A DNA stretch of 43,109 bases from Candidatus Omnitrophota bacterium (GTDB taxonomy: Bacteria > Ratteibacteria > UBA8468 > MWAK01), in contig JAZDPL010000006.1 of NCBI GenBank assembly GCA_043797665.1, positions 1 through 43,109 on the forward strand, read 5' to 3'. Positions 1 to 9,988 of the stretch are shown piece by piece; within the stretch, counting starts at the first letter, position 1; each line of letters opens with the position of its first letter. Below the pieces are notes generated by a model. The model was not told where the DNA came from, searched no databases, and saw nothing but the letters and a program-made list of their open reading frames with translations. A program made the position numbers and the translations under genes.

Positions 1-22
1 GGCTGCGCTACGCCCCGAAACG

Positions 23-817
23 TTATTTAATTTTGCCTTCGCGGAAAGCGGTGAGGTATCCCAGGCAAAACTGGTCAAGACCCAAAAGTCCTTCGGTGGC
101 AAAGACCGCGGTAAGCATGTTTTGGTCAGTCGGGTCAATCAAAGCCGAATCAAGCCCGGCGCCAATTGCCAGGGTCAAAAAATAACGGTTGAGTATCCGG
201 CGTTCCGGCAAACCAAAAGAGACATTGGAGAGACCACAGGTAGTCTTAACTCCGGGAAACCTTTTTTTGATAGCGGTAACGGCTTCCAGGAAGGTTAAGC
301 CGTTATCGGGGTCAGTCCCTACCGGCTGGACCAAAGGGTCGAGATAGATGTCTTCTATCCGTACACCACAGACGGTGAGACCGGTAATAATCTTCTCCGC
401 AATCTCCAGGCGTCTAGCCACGTCTGAGGGAATACCCCGGTCGTCCATCGTTAAGCCGATAATCTTGCCGGTATAACCTTTCATCAAAGGAAACATCGCT
501 TCCATCTTTGCCTTTTCACCGTTGATGGAATTGACCATTACCTTACCTTTGACCAGGGGCAGAGATGACTCCAAAGCTCTGGAATTAGCACTGTCAAGGC
601 AGAGGTCAATATAACCTGCCTCCTGAACCGCCTCTACCAGCCAGCGTAAGTCCTCGGTTTCGTCTCCGGCACCTAAACCGGCGTTGAGGTCAAGATAAGA
701 AGCGCCCGCGGATACCTGAACCTGTGCTTCCTTCTGAATTAAAGATTTATCACGCGCTCTCAGCGCCTCCGCGATTCGCTTGCGGGTCGCGTTAATCCGT
801 TCTCCGATAATCAGCAT
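23..817 (-). CDS. acsE: Methyltetrahydrofolate:corrinoid iron-sulfur protein methyltransferase (pterin-binding TIM barrel)
   Basis: N-terminal MLIIGERIN, LDLNAG, LCLDS, VNSING, YLDPLV, TCGLSNVSFGLPER and GLDSALIDP motifs typical of AcsE/MeTr. Confidence 0.8.
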   Translation of the reverse strand: MLIIGERINATRKRIAEALRARDKSLIQKEAQVQVSAGASYLDLNAGLGAGDETEDLRWLVEAVQEAGYIDLCLDSANSRALESSLPLVKGKVMVNSINGEKAKMEAMFPLMKGYTGKIIGLTMDDRGIPSDVARRLEIAEKIITGLTVCGVRIEDIYLDPLVQPVGTDPDNGLTFLEAVTAIKKRFPGVKTTCGLSNVSFGLPERRILNRYFLTLAIGAGLDSALIDPTDQNMLTAVFATEGLLGLDQFCLGYLTAFREGKIK

Positions 818-864
818 ACGTCCTCCGAATTATTATACATTTAATACAAACGTAATAAGTAATC

Positions 865-949
865 TGTCATTCCTGCAGATAGTAAGCAGGAATCCAATCT
901 ACCCTTATATACAGGTATAGATTCCCGCTTCAGACATGCGGGAATGACA
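865..949. repeat. REP-like family C inverted doublet (TGTCATTCC..GGAATCCA / AGATTCCCGC..GCGGGAATGACA)
   Basis: Two palindromic units at 865-896 and 918-949 in inverted orientation; related units recur throughout the window. Confidence 0.85.
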
Positions 950-1054
950 TTTTAATTAATGCGCTTTTATCAGATATGATATAATATTTATCTGTTTTTG
1001 GCAATTGTCCCTTGAACCTACAGGAATTTATATCCTTTATACTGCGTAGGTTCA

Positions 1055-1170
1055 AGGGGGGATTGCTAAGGGGGTGGCGAACCCCCTTACTCAGTAGAGG
1101 GAGTAACAGGGAGCGAAGCGACCGCCATAGGGGGTGTAAACCCCCTTTGGGAAGTTCGCCGAAGGCGGAC
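1055..1170. repeat. G/C-run hairpin repeat (family E): TAAGGGGG-tggcgaa-CCCCCTTA and AGGGGG-tgtaaa-CCCCCT
   Basis: Two stem-loops plus a CGCC-GAA-GGCG mini-hairpin upstream of the xylB start; accounts for the non-homologous ORF extension 1012-1179. Confidence 0.6.
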
Positions 1171-1179
1171 GACTTTACG

Positions 1180-2712
1180 ATGGCAAAGGAACTATTTTTA
1201 GGGATTGACGTCGGTACAAGCGGTGTCAAAGCCCTTCTGGTTGACACTGACGGCAACGTGGTGGACCAAACCACGGAAGAGTACCCTTTATTAACACCCA
1301 AACCACTCTGGGCAGAACAGAATCCGGAAGACTGGTGGTCAGCCACCATTAAAACCTGTCGGACAATTTCCGGGCGAAGCCGAAGTAAAGGAGACATATC
1401 CGGTCTGGGATTAACCGGACAGATGCACGGCTCGGTATTCTTAGACAAAGATGACCGGGTCATCCGGCCCGCTATCCTCTGGTGTGACCAGCGCACCGGC
1501 GAGGAAGTCAAAGAGATTGAAGAACGAATAGGACGGGAACGGATAATCCGGATTACCGGCAACCCGGTCTTCACCGGATTCACCGCACCGAAAATTATCT
1601 GGTTACGAAAAAACGAACCGGCATCTTACCGCAAAATAGCCAAACTACTTCTGCCAAAAGATTACATCCGTTATAAACTCACCGGCGTTTTTGCCTCCGA
1701 GGTTACCGACAATTCCGGAACCAGCCTCTTTGACGTTACGGAAAGGAAGTGGTCTCAGGAGGTTCTGGATATCCTTCAGATTAAAAAAGATTGGCTTGCG
1801 GCGGTCTTTGAATCACCGGAGGTTATTGGCAAGATTACTCCTGAAGCGGCACGCCTCACTGACTTGCCGGAAAACATCCCGGTGTCCGCCGGTGCCGGAG
1901 ACCAGGCCGCCAGCGGCTGCGGGAACGGAGTTGTCTCGGAAGGAATTATCTCGGTAACATTAGGGACGTCGGGCGTGGTCTTTGCCTTCTCGGACCAGGT
2001 ACGGAAGGACCCGGCCGGGAGAATCCACGCAATGTGCCACGCGGTTCCGGACACCTGGCACCTGATGGGTTGTACTCTCTCTGCCGGCGGTTCTCTGCGC
2101 TGGTTCCGCGACAATTTCTGCCTTTCTGAAATCAGCCGGGCGAAAAAGGAAGGTAAAGACCCTTACGAACTGATGACGGAAGAAGCAGGAAAAGTACCGG
2201 CCGGTTCTGAAGGAATGATATTCCTTCCTTACTTAACCGGAGAGCGTACTCCCCACGCCAATCCTTTGGCACGGGCAACATTTTTCGGTGCCACCAGCCG
2301 GCACACCAGGGCGTACTTTATCCGGGCGGTCTTAGAAGGCATAACCTTTGCCCTGAAGGATACCGTTGAAATTATGAAGGAATTAAATCTTCCCATCAAA
2401 GAAGTGCGTATCTCCGGCGGCGGCGCCCGTTCGGACCTGTGGTGCCAGATAGTTGCCGATATCTTTGAAAAAGAGGTGGTGCGCACCGAAAATCCGGATA
2501 CCACCGCTTTCGGTTCCGCCATTCTGGCCACGGTGGCGGGAAGATTTTACCAAAGCGTTCCCGAAGCCTGCCAAAAGATGGTGCGCACTAAAGAACGATT
2601 TCAACCGGACCAAGAAAAAAATAAAGTTCTTCGCCAGAGTTACCAGGTATTCCGCAAACTTTACCCGGTACTGAAACCCTATTTTGACGCCGTCGCCGGT
2701 ATTGGGATATAA
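1180..2712 (+). CDS. xylB: Xylulokinase (FGGY carbohydrate kinase)
   Basis: [53 protein letters not shown] motifs; start moved to ATG 1180. Confidence 0.9.
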   Translation: MAKELFLGIDVGTSGVKALLVDTDGNVVDQTTEEYPLLTPKPLWAEQNPEDWWSATIKTCRTISGRSRSKGDISGLGLTGQMHGSVFLDKDDRVIRPAILWCDQRTGEEVKEIEERIGRERIIRITGNPVFTGFTAPKIIWLRKNEPASYRKIAKLLLPKDYIRYKLTGVFASEVTDNSGTSLFDVTERKWSQEVLDILQIKKDWLAAVFESPEVIGKITPEAARLTDLPENIPVSAGAGDQAASGCGNGVVSEGIISVTLGTSGVVFAFSDQVRKDPAGRIHAMCHAVPDTWHLMGCTLSAGGSLRWFRDNFCLSEISRAKKEGKDPYELMTEEAGKVPAGSEGMIFLPYLTGERTPHANPLARATFFGATSRHTRAYFIRAVLEGITFALKDTVEIMKELNLPIKEVRISGGGARSDLWCQIVADIFEKEVVRTENPDTTAFGSAILATVAGRFYQSVPEACQKMVRTKERFQPDQEKNKVLRQSYQVFRKLYPVLKPYFDAVAGIGI

Positions 2713-2725
2713 TAAAGTAATTAGT

Positions 2726-3052
2726 ATGGTAGAAGTAAGCACCGAAGAAATTAAGTTTAATGAACAGGGGCTGGTTCCGGTGGTAACCCGGGATGTTAAC
2801 GGCGAGGTTCTGATGCTTGCCTACGCCAACCGGGAAGCGCTGCAAAAAACGCTTCAAACCGGAAAGGCTTATTATTTTTCACGTTCCCGGCAGAAGTTAT
2901 GGCGGAAAGGCGAGACCAGCGGAAATGAACAGGAAGTAACCGAAATTTTGGTTGATTGCGATGAAGATGCGGTGCTTTACCGGGTCAAACAGAAAGGACC
3001 GGCCTGCCACACCGGCAATCCGACCTGTTTTTATCGAAAACTAATGAAATGA
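2726..3052 (+). CDS. hisI: Phosphoribosyl-AMP cyclohydrolase
   Basis: [43 protein letters not shown]. Confidence 0.93.
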   Translation: MVEVSTEEIKFNEQGLVPVVTRDVNGEVLMLAYANREALQKTLQTGKAYYFSRSRQKLWRKGETSGNEQEVTEILVDCDEDAVLYRVKQKGPACHTGNPTCFYRKLMK

Positions 3053-4371
3053 AGGGTCTATATTTTAAATTAGTCGGGGTTCTGGCGATAATGGGCTTAT
3101 CCTTCTGGGCATTATGGCCGCCCAAAGATAAAGTGAAGCTGGGCTTGGATTTACGGGGCGGGATGCAGTTAGTCCTCCAGGTCAAGGCTCCCATAGAAAC
3201 CGCCAACGTCTCTGCGACCAATCTTACCGATAGAACGATGGAAGTAATCCGCAACCGGGTTGATTCATTAGGCGTTGCGGAACCGCTTCTCCAGAAGGTG
3301 GGTACTGACCGGATTATGGTCCAGCTGCCCGGAATTGAAAATCCGGAACGTGCCCTGGAAGTTTTAGGCAAGACCGCCTTCCTTGAGTTTAAATTGGTGG
3401 AGGATAACCCTGACCTGACGAAAGAAGCGTTAGCCGGCAACGTTCCGGCAGGTTATCAATTACTCTACGAGTACGAAAAGGATACCCGGGGAATTTCCCA
3501 GCCGTCCACACCTTTTCTGGTTCAGGCTGAACCTCTCCTGACCGGACAGGAATTGAAGAATGCCCGCTTAAGTTACGCGGAAGGTGCGCTTCCCGTGGTA
3601 GACTTAGAATTAAACTCTGCGGCGGGCAAGAAGTTTGCCGAGATTACCGCCACCAACGTCAACCGGAGGTTGGCGATTGTTCTGGACGGAATTATCCAGT
3701 CTGCTCCGGTCATCCGGGAACGCATACCCGGCGGCCGGGCACAGATTTCCGGACGTTTCACCACTCAGGAAGCGGATACCTTAGCCAAGATTCTTGATGC
3801 CGGTGCTCTGCCCGCCAAGATTGAGGTGATAGACCGTACCGTCGTAGGTCCGGCATTAGGTCGCGATTCCATCCACAGCGGCATCAAAGCGAGTCTGATG
3901 GGTGCGATAATGGTCGTTGCCTTTATGTTGTTATATTATACTGCCGGCGGTCTGGTAGCTGATTTTGCTTTAGCGCTCAACATCCTGATTCTCTTAGGGT
4001 TCTTAGCCTATTTCCGGGCTACTCTGACCCTGCCGGGTATTGCCGGCATCGCCCTGACGGTCGGCATGGCGGTTGACGCCAACGTCCTGATATTTGAAAG
4101 AATCCGGGAAGAGTTGCGCGCCGGAAAAACCATCCGGGCGGCTTTAGACCGGGGTTACGAAAGAGCGCTGGTGGCAATCATCGATTCCAACTTGACTACG
4201 GTCATCGCGGCACTCGCCCTCTTTCTGTTGGGCAAAGGCTCGGTCAAAGGATTCGGCTTGACCTTAACCCTGGGTATTCTGGCTAACCTATTTACTGCGG
4301 TCGTCGTTACCAGGCTAATCTATAACCTGGCTTTGTTCAAGTTCCCGGTTAAAAAATTACGCATCGGTTAG
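3049..4371 (+). CDS. secD: Protein translocase subunit SecD
   Basis: [48 protein letters not shown]. Confidence 0.96.
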   Translation: MKGLYFKLVGVLAIMGLSFWALWPPKDKVKLGLDLRGGMQLVLQVKAPIETANVSATNLTDRTMEVIRNRVDSLGVAEPLLQKVGTDRIMVQLPGIENPERALEVLGKTAFLEFKLVEDNPDLTKEALAGNVPAGYQLLYEYEKDTRGISQPSTPFLVQAEPLLTGQELKNARLSYAEGALPVVDLELNSAAGKKFAEITATNVNRRLAIVLDGIIQSAPVIRERIPGGRAQISGRFTTQEADTLAKILDAGALPAKIEVIDRTVVGPALGRDSIHSGIKASLMGAIMVVAFMLLYYTAGGLVADFALALNILILLGFLAYFRATLTLPGIAGIALTVGMAVDANVLIFERIREELRAGKTIRAALDRGYERALVAIIDSNLTTVIAALALFLLGKGSVKGFGLTLTLGILANLFTAVVVTRLIYNLALFKFPVKKLRIG

Positions 4372-4374
4372 TGT

Positions 4375-4406
4375 TGTCATTCCTGTATGTATTAAACAGG
4401 AATCCA
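4375..4406 (+). repeat. REP-like family C unit
   Basis: TGTCATTCCTGT-atgtatta-AACAGGAATCCA between secD and secF. Confidence 0.8.
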
Positions 4407-4417
4407 AAGGAATCTCT

Positions 4418-5311
4418 ATGAATATCTTTCGCCGCACTCCAAACTTTGACTTTATGGGTAAGAGAGGTATCTTCTTTATCCTCTCAACCGTCATCACCGT
4501 AGTCGGCTTAGTCTTTACCTTCATGCGGGGACCATCCCTGCTCTCCTTTGACTTCACCGGCGGTTATCTTACCCAGTTGCAGTTCAGCCAGCCGATAGAT
4601 ATCGGTACCATACGCAACCTCTTAATCAGCCAGGGGTACGCCGACGTTTCTCTCCAAAAAGTGGGTGAGGAAGGTAAAAAGATAATCATCAAGACTAAAA
4701 AAGGCGGCAGCGAACTCATTCCCATCATCAAAAACAGTTTCCCGGACCAGACGGTAGAGATTTTAGGCGAAGAACAGGTGAGCCCGACGATGGGCCAGAC
4801 CATCCGGAAGCAGACCGCTCTTGGTTGCCTTCTGGCGACCATAGGCATTCTGCTCTATATCGCGGTCCGTTTCGAATTCCGCTTTGGCGTGGGAGCCATT
4901 ATCGCTATCGTCCACGACCTTCTGGTAACCTTAGCCTTTCTGGCTGCGACCGGCCGTCAGATAGACAGTCTGGTCATCGCCGCTTTCCTGACCATTTTAG
5001 GATATTCGGTTAACGACACCGTCGTTATCTTTGACCGTATCCGGGAAAACCTCCGCGGTTTACGGAAAGTTGACAAGCCCGAAGACGTTTTTAACCGCTC
5101 CATCAACGAAACTCTCTCCCGGACCATCATCACCGGCTTCACCACGCTTCTTATCGCGGTCAGCCTTTTCATCTGGGGCGGACCGGTCCTCCACACCTTC
5201 GCCTTCACCATTATCGTCGGCTTAATTACCGGAACATACTCCTCCATTTTCATCGCCTCCGCCATCGTCATCGCCTGGGAAAAACGTGCTCCGCACCGCT
5301 TCAAAACCTGA
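4418..5311 (+). CDS. secF: Protein translocase subunit SecF
   Basis: DFTGG, YIAVRFE, HD, GYSVNDTVVIFDRIRE, TLSRTIIT, GTYSSIFIA. Confidence 0.96.
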   Translation: MNIFRRTPNFDFMGKRGIFFILSTVITVVGLVFTFMRGPSLLSFDFTGGYLTQLQFSQPIDIGTIRNLLISQGYADVSLQKVGEEGKKIIIKTKKGGSELIPIIKNSFPDQTVEILGEEQVSPTMGQTIRKQTALGCLLATIGILLYIAVRFEFRFGVGAIIAIVHDLLVTLAFLAATGRQIDSLVIAAFLTILGYSVNDTVVIFDRIRENLRGLRKVDKPEDVFNRSINETLSRTIITGFTTLLIAVSLFIWGGPVLHTFAFTIIVGLITGTYSSIFIASAIVIAWEKRAPHRFKT

Positions 5312-5322
5312 CCCCTGCTTAC

Positions 5323-5399
5323 TAATACGAACGCATTAAATATTTTAACGTAGGGGTCGGATTTATCCGACCCGCGGGCTTGATAAATCAAGCCCCTAC
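5323..5399 (+). repeat. GTAG-type REP family A (50 bp, 5350-5399) with conserved AT-rich 5' leader
   Basis: GTAGGGGTCGGATTTATCCGACCCGCGGGCTTGATAAATCAAGCCCCTAC; same or near-identical at 30652, 32535, 37001 and 39651. Confidence 0.92.
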
Positions 5400-5402
5400 A
5401 AG

Positions 5403-5425
5403 GTAGCCGCAGGCTTCAGCCTGCG
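5403..5425 (+). repeat. GTAG-type REP family B (GTAGCCGCAGGCTTCAGCCTGCG)
   Basis: Reverse-complement copies at 11319-11341 and 38161-38183; variant at 16783-16805. Confidence 0.85.
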
Positions 5426-5434
5426 TATCTTCCT

Positions 5435-6025
5435 ATGTATATCCTTGCCGGAAAATTCAAAGGCCGTCGTCTTCTTTACCCTGAGGAGAGTGTTTTGCGG
5501 CCCACCACCGGCCTGGTCCGCAAAGCGCTCTTTGACCTTGTGTCACCAAGGATAGTGGGCAGTTATTTCCTTGACCTCTACGCCGGCACCGGTGCGGTGG
5601 GAATAGAAGCCCTGAGCCGGGGCGCAGAAAAAGTGGTCTTTGTGGAGAACGACCGTAAAGTAATCCCTTATCTTGAGCAGAACCTCCAGGCTTTTCAATC
5701 CCAATACCCCTCCCCCGAATCTTCTATCATCCTCTACCGGAAATCAGTAGAAAAGGCTCTGGGCCTTCTGGCAAGAGACGGTCACCAGTTTGACCTCATC
5801 TTCGCTGACCCGCCCTACGCCTTCACCGAAGAACGCCTGCTACGGTTGATTATTGAAAGCCTCAGTCATAAACTGCTTAAACCGGGGGGCATCTTTATTC
5901 TCCAGCACCAGTCCGGCCTGGAAAAAAATCCCCTTTTTCAACAAGGCCTGGCGCTCCTGCCTCTTACCAGAGACACCCGTCGCTACGGCGACACATCCCT
6001 CACCCTCCTCCACCTCCGCGGATAG
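5435..6025 (+). CDS. rsmD: 16S rRNA (guanine966-N2)-methyltransferase
   Basis: ILAGKFKGRRL, RPTT, FLDLYAGTGAVGIEALSRGA, FADPPY, RRYGDT. Confidence 0.93.
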   Translation: MYILAGKFKGRRLLYPEESVLRPTTGLVRKALFDLVSPRIVGSYFLDLYAGTGAVGIEALSRGAEKVVFVENDRKVIPYLEQNLQAFQSQYPSPESSIILYRKSVEKALGLLARDGHQFDLIFADPPYAFTEERLLRLIIESLSHKLLKPGGIFILQHQSGLEKNPLFQQGLALLPLTRDTRRYGDTSLTLLHLRG

Positions 6026-6066
6026 TCTTTCCATTGCCCTTTCCAATCCTATGCGGGTTCCCCCTA

Positions 6067-6141
6067 TGTCATTCCTGCGTGTCCTAAGCAGGAATCTAAA
6101 TTTTCTTGTCATTGCGAGCGACCGAAAGGAGCGTGGCAATT
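6067..6141 (+). repeat. Two tandem family C units (ATTCC and ATTGC subtypes)
   Basis: 6067-6098 TGTCATTCCTGC..GCAGGAATCTA; 6107-6141 TGTCATTGCGAGCG..GCGTGGCAAT. Confidence 0.8.
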
Positions 6142-6165
6142 TCGCTATTACAATAATTCCCTCGT

Positions 6166-6237
6166 ATTCCTCTAATTATAGGAGAGACCATTTTACCCTG
6201 TCTACAGCCTATAAAGGCTATTTTCATTTGACAAAAT
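6166..6237. repeat. Direct repeat copy 1 (~72 bp) containing divergent promoter elements
   Basis: Matches 7082-7154 with few mismatches; TTGACA 6228-6233 on plus strand and TAGACA-N18-TATAAT on minus strand. Confidence 0.85.
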
Positions 6238-6291
6238 CAAACATCTGCGGTACTGTGGCTCGCGCCGCCTGGAAAGAAGGAGAAGTGCTTT

Positions 6292-6724
6292 ATGAAAGCC
6301 CCGGATAAGAAAGTTTTAAAAAAGGTAGTTCAATGGCTAAAATACGGTGATGATGACCTGCGACTGGCTCGTCATGGATTAACCTTAAGAAGCGGATGTC
6401 CATATCGTTTGATTGCTTACCATGCTCAGCAATGTGCGGAAAAATATCTCAAATCTTACCTGGTGTATAAAAAAGTTGATTTTCCTTATACCCACAATAT
6501 CTCTATGTTGTTGGAGTTGTGTGTCGCACAAGGACAAAGCGAATGGACTAAATTGCTCCAAGGATGCAGAAGAATTAACTCCTTTTGCTATTACCACCCG
6601 TTATCCTGGAGTAGAAGAGAAGGTAACCAAAAAAGAAGCTTCGCGTGCTATTGATATTGCTGAACGAGTGCGGCAGGTGGTTAAAGGTTTTCTCGCAAAG
6701 GTAGAAATTGACCTTTCGGCTTAA
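6292..6724 (+). pseudogene. HEPN domain protein (MNT-HEPN type), frameshifted near 6559
   Basis: First frame has WLKYGDDDL, YHAQQCAEKYLK, FPYTHNI; the expected C-terminal half (ELTPFAITTRYPG..EASRAIDIAERV) is in the +1 frame. Confidence 0.8.
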
Positions 6725-6736
6725 TCAGAGACTATC

Positions 6737-7069
6737 TCACTTCTCTAAAGCGGTGCGCAGGATACGGTGGGCGCGTTCTATCTCATCCAACGGCTTGGTC
6801 TTCAGATAACTGGCTACTTCTTCCGCCAGGGAATACTCTTTACTTCTCAACGGATTGCTAATCGGAAAAAGTTCGCAAACCTCAATCTCCAGAGCCCGGG
6901 CTAAATTCTTTATATTAATCAGAGAGATATTCTTCTCGCCCCGTTCCACCGCGCCGACGTAGGTATAGTGCAGACCCGCTTTGGTTGCCAGCCTCTCCTG
7001 AGTTAGTCCCCTGACCTTCCGCAATTGCCGGATTCTTTGTCCAAACTCACCCAGCCTCCCCTTATTCAT
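6737..7069 (-). CDS. XRE/HTH_3 family transcriptional regulator (controller-protein-like)
   Basis: FGQRIRQLRKVRGLTQERLATKAGLHYTYVGAVERGEKNISL; GGGGAG RBS upstream of ATG 7069. Confidence 0.88.
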   Translation of the reverse strand: MNKGRLGEFGQRIRQLRKVRGLTQERLATKAGLHYTYVGAVERGEKNISLINIKNLARALEIEVCELFPISNPLRSKEYSLAEEVASYLKTKPLDEIERAHRILRTALEK

Positions 7070-7081
7070 CGGTCTCCCCGC

Positions 7082-7175
7082 ATTCCTTTTAATTATAGGA
7101 GAGACCGTTTTACCCTGTCTACAGCCTATAAAGACTATTTTTATTTGACAAAATAGCCTACGAATAGTATACAAT
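7082..7175. promoter_or_regulatory. Divergent promoter region for XRE and pilin cassette (direct repeat copy 2, 7082-7154)
   Basis: Minus strand TAGACA-N18-TATAAT toward XRE; plus strand TTGACA 7145-7150 followed 17 nt later by TATACAAT toward the pilin. Confidence 0.65.
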
Positions 7176-7198
7176 AAGTATAAACACAAGGAGGCATA

Positions 7199-7828
7199 AT
7201 GCATAAAAAAGGCTTTACGTTAGTGGAACTTTTAGTTGTTATTGCGATAATCTCGCTTTTAGCCGGACTACTCTTGCCTGCAATACAGAAAGGACGTAAA
7301 CAATCCCTGATTAATAAGGCTAAGGCGGAAATGGCAAGTTTTGCCAGTACCGGCGCCACAATTTATCTTGATTTAAAATCAGAAGGATATGTCCGGTTAT
7401 GTGATTATGATTCCACCGATGCCGATATTACTCTCAGTGCGCCCAATTTTACGGCACCTCTAAAAATAACCGATACCGCTACGGGTTATGCCACCACAAC
7501 CTTCACCACCAATGACTTCACTGACCTTGCTGATTTTCAAAACTATTGGGATGGTCCCTATGCAACATATCAACCCGGGGCAACTTTTAGCTCCAGTACT
7601 GGAACATACCCCAACGTGAGTGGTACCACCTGGGTTCAAAATCAAACCTACTTTCCTTACGGTACTCCCCTTGACCCATGGGGACACCCCTACGGAATGG
7701 GCTGGGAAGATACAAACGAAGAAGTAATGGTAATTTATTCTGCCGGACCGGACGGAAGCTTTCAAACGAATCCAGGGGCTACAACGGTAGCAACGGACAG
7801 TGACGATTTGCTCTATAAGTTCAGGTAA
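7199..7828 (+). CDS. Major pseudopilin/type IV pilin-like protein (GspG-like)
   Basis: [16 protein letters not shown] prepilin cleavage/methylation site; DPWGHPY and YSAGPDG C-terminal GspG motifs. Confidence 0.85.
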   Translation: MHKKGFTLVELLVVIAIISLLAGLLLPAIQKGRKQSLINKAKAEMASFASTGATIYLDLKSEGYVRLCDYDSTDADITLSAPNFTAPLKITDTATGYATTTFTTNDFTDLADFQNYWDGPYATYQPGATFSSSTGTYPNVSGTTWVQNQTYFPYGTPLDPWGHPYGMGWEDTNEEVMVIYSAGPDGSFQTNPGATTVATDSDDLLYKFR

Positions 7829-7866
7829 TACAAACGCAATAAATAATTTGATGTAGGGGTCGGATT
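7826..7866 (+). repeat. Truncated family A element with leader
   Basis: TAATACAAACGCAATAAAT..GTAGGGGTCGGATT, cut 3 nt before the ATG at 7870. Confidence 0.75.
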
Positions 7867-7869
7867 CAG

Positions 7870-9522
7870 ATGATAAAACTAAATAACAAAGGCATGGCGA
7901 TGATAGCCGCAGTATCAACTGCCATCATATTCCTGGGGTTAGTACTGACCGTTACCCTCGTAGCCACTTCTACCCATAAAAAAACCATCCAATCTTCCGA
8001 CCGGATGACCGCATTATCCCTTGCCGAAGCCGGTATCAACGATGCACTATACCGGATGAACTATCAACATTACGGTGGTGGAATTGCGGTATATCCAAAT
8101 GATGGAGATTATCTTGACCCCGACACTACGCTTGCTGATGCCTGGACATCAAGTACAACTCTGAATAACCCTTTTAATCTACCAGCAAGTAATGGGTACC
8201 AGGTTAAATTCGTTGTTGATATCGGACCGCCGGTAATTCACAAACTGGTGTCCACAGGAATTTATAACCGGAAAAGAAGAGTTATTACTGCTAATATCAG
8301 AGGTTCAAACGCAAGTGGTACTGTTCTGAATGGTCCAACCCAGGGTATTTCCGAGGCATTCAACAAACATGTCATATACGCTGACACCGTCAGCGGCACA
8401 GGAGCAACGGTTACCGGCAATATTGCCAGAATGAATATTGCCAATATATCAAGTGCTGCTGCGAACTATACCGTAACCACCGTCCCTTCCCCCCTATTTA
8501 ACCCACCCACTCCTGATGCACCCACAGATTTGCCGACGTACCTTGGCGACCAGGATGTGTACCGGGAAAGTGCGCTTGGAGTTGCTGAATTAAATGGGGG
8601 TGCATTACCGGCTGGGGTTACTTATGATAACGTTACGGATACCTTTATTTTCGGTGCCCTTTACGCTAGGACTCTTAGAGTCTATGTCAGAGCATCTGCC
8701 GAAGGTTCTCCACCCAATAATGGAAATGCCACTATTAACGGAGCAACCATTCAAAATTTTCTGAAGGCAGATGGAACCATTACCATCCAGGCAACTTCTA
8801 CCTTTTCTGGAACAGATACCGCATTAAATCCTTTAAGTGGAACTATTACCATTACCCCCGCCATTACCATTACTGGAAATCTTATAGTGAAAGGAGCAAG
8901 TTTAACCCTTAACAATGTGATTGTAAACGGAAACGTTGTTTCTGACGGAGATATCACTTTTTCTGGGGCGTCTTCTACAATTGATGCAAGCACTGCCACC
9001 GACACTCAACCAGCGATTCTGGTGAAAGCTTCCGGAGCTGCTGCCATAACAATTAGTAGTTCTCCAACCATTATTTTACGTCCAGGTCAAAATGCAGCAG
9101 TTATGTGTTATTCTACCGGAGGGGCGACTGTGAATGTAACTGATAATTTAACACCCACCTATAACGATACTAACGGTGCGCAGGCAGCTATCGTCGCCTA
9201 TTCTTCTGGAGGCACTGCAAATGTAAACATTGGTAGCGGCGGCGCGGTTACCATAGATGAGGCTACTTCTGGTGTTCCTGGAAGAGGTAGACTTATCTAT
9301 TCCGACGGAACTGGTGGTGGAATTACCCTTAATACCACTGGCACAGTATATGGTATTTTGGTTACAAACAAAACCGTTACTCTCACCTCCGGAACTTTAG
9401 AATACGACGCTTCTCTCTTTGTTAACCCACCAAACAATGATTTTGCTACCGATGTTTACAGAGGATTCTCCGGTGGCCGCCGGGTCTATCTTCCGGTACC
9501 GGGAAGTTGGAAAGAAAAATAA
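7870..9522 (+). CDS. PilX/GspK-like minor pilin with large T/G/A/N-rich beta-rich C-terminal domain
   Basis: NNKG|MAMIAAV hydrophobic N-terminus lacking Glu5; ALSLAEAGI motif; LVSTG; terminal WKE typical of PilX-like proteins. Confidence 0.7.
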   Translation: MIKLNNKGMAMIAAVSTAIIFLGLVLTVTLVATSTHKKTIQSSDRMTALSLAEAGINDALYRMNYQHYGGGIAVYPNDGDYLDPDTTLADAWTSSTTLNNPFNLPASNGYQVKFVVDIGPPVIHKLVSTGIYNRKRRVITANIRGSNASGTVLNGPTQGISEAFNKHVIYADTVSGTGATVTGNIARMNIANISSAAANYTVTTVPSPLFNPPTPDAPTDLPTYLGDQDVYRESALGVAELNGGALPAGVTYDNVTDTFIFGALYARTLRVYVRASAEGSPPNNGNATINGATIQNFLKADGTITIQATSTFSGTDTALNPLSGTITITPAITITGNLIVKGASLTLNNVIVNGNVVSDGDITFSGASSTIDASTATDTQPAILVKASGAAAITISSSPTIILRPGQNAAVMCYSTGGATVNVTDNLTPTYNDTNGAQAAIVAYSSGGTANVNIGSGGAVTIDEATSGVPGRGRLIYSDGTGGGITLNTTGTVYGILVTNKTVTLTSGTLEYDASLFVNPPNNDFATDVYRGFSGGRRVYLPVPGSWKEK

Positions 9523-9523
9523 G

Positions 9524-9988
9524 ATGAGATTCTTCGCGGCGCTCAGAATGACATCTTCACACAGGAGGCAAGGGTTTTCACTTCTGGAAATGGTGATTGC
9601 CATATTTATTATTGCTGTTGTTGTCGCCTTCTCGCTTTCTCTCCTGGCCCGCGGCTTGGGAAATTCAGCAAAATCAAGTGATTTAACTATCGCAACCGCC
9701 CTTGCCGAACAGGAAATGTCCCGGATAAAAAATATTACTTTTCCGCCGACCACCGTTGACAGACAAGGGAAATATGCCAAAACAAAGACTGACGCGGACA
9801 TACCTTACAACAACGACTTCCAAGTAGAAGTTACCAGTACCGGTTATGATGGGTCTGATCCCCCCTCTACTACAACAGTAAACGACGACACAATGCTAAG
9901 GAAGATTACCGTAAATGTCTATCGCAAAAGAGGCGACGCAAAACTCGTTACACTCATTACCTATATTGCCCGCAATGGAACGATATAA
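9524..9988 (+). CDS. PilV/GspI-like minor pilin
   Basis: RRQG|FSLLEMVIAIFII, IATALAEQEMSRIK, LRKITVNV; start at 9524 or 9548, both at or inside a repeat. Confidence 0.78.
   Translation: MRFFAALRMTSSHRRQGFSLLEMVIAIFIIAVVVAFSLSLLARGLGNSAKSSDLTIATALAEQEMSRIKNITFPPTTVDRQGKYAKTKTDADIPYNNDFQVEVTSTGYDGSDPPSTTTVNDDTMLRKITVNVYRKRGDAKLVTLITYIARNGTI
9526..9553 (-). repeat. Family C unit (TGTCATTCTGAGCGCCGCGAAGAATC) inside prepilin leader
   Basis: GAGATTCTTCGCGGCGCTCAGAATGACA closely matches the right arms of the repeats at 42955-43016 and 38999-39066. Confidence 0.85.

Noticed and set aside
1012..1179. 56-aa N-terminal extension of XylB
   Set aside because: It reads through the family E repeat, and FGGY homology starts at ATG 1180; translation is not required, unlike the pilin leaders
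5323..5399. Integron attC sites
   Set aside because: No matching RYYYAAC/GTTRRRY pair bounding the palindrome; the repeats also flank core genes; no integrase
6540..6570. Programmed ribosomal frameshift in HEPN
   Set aside because: No slippery heptamer or stimulatory structure seen; a simple indel is more likely
6737..7069. Restriction-modification controller system
   Set aside because: The XRE resembles C proteins, but no methyltransferase or endonuclease is nearby
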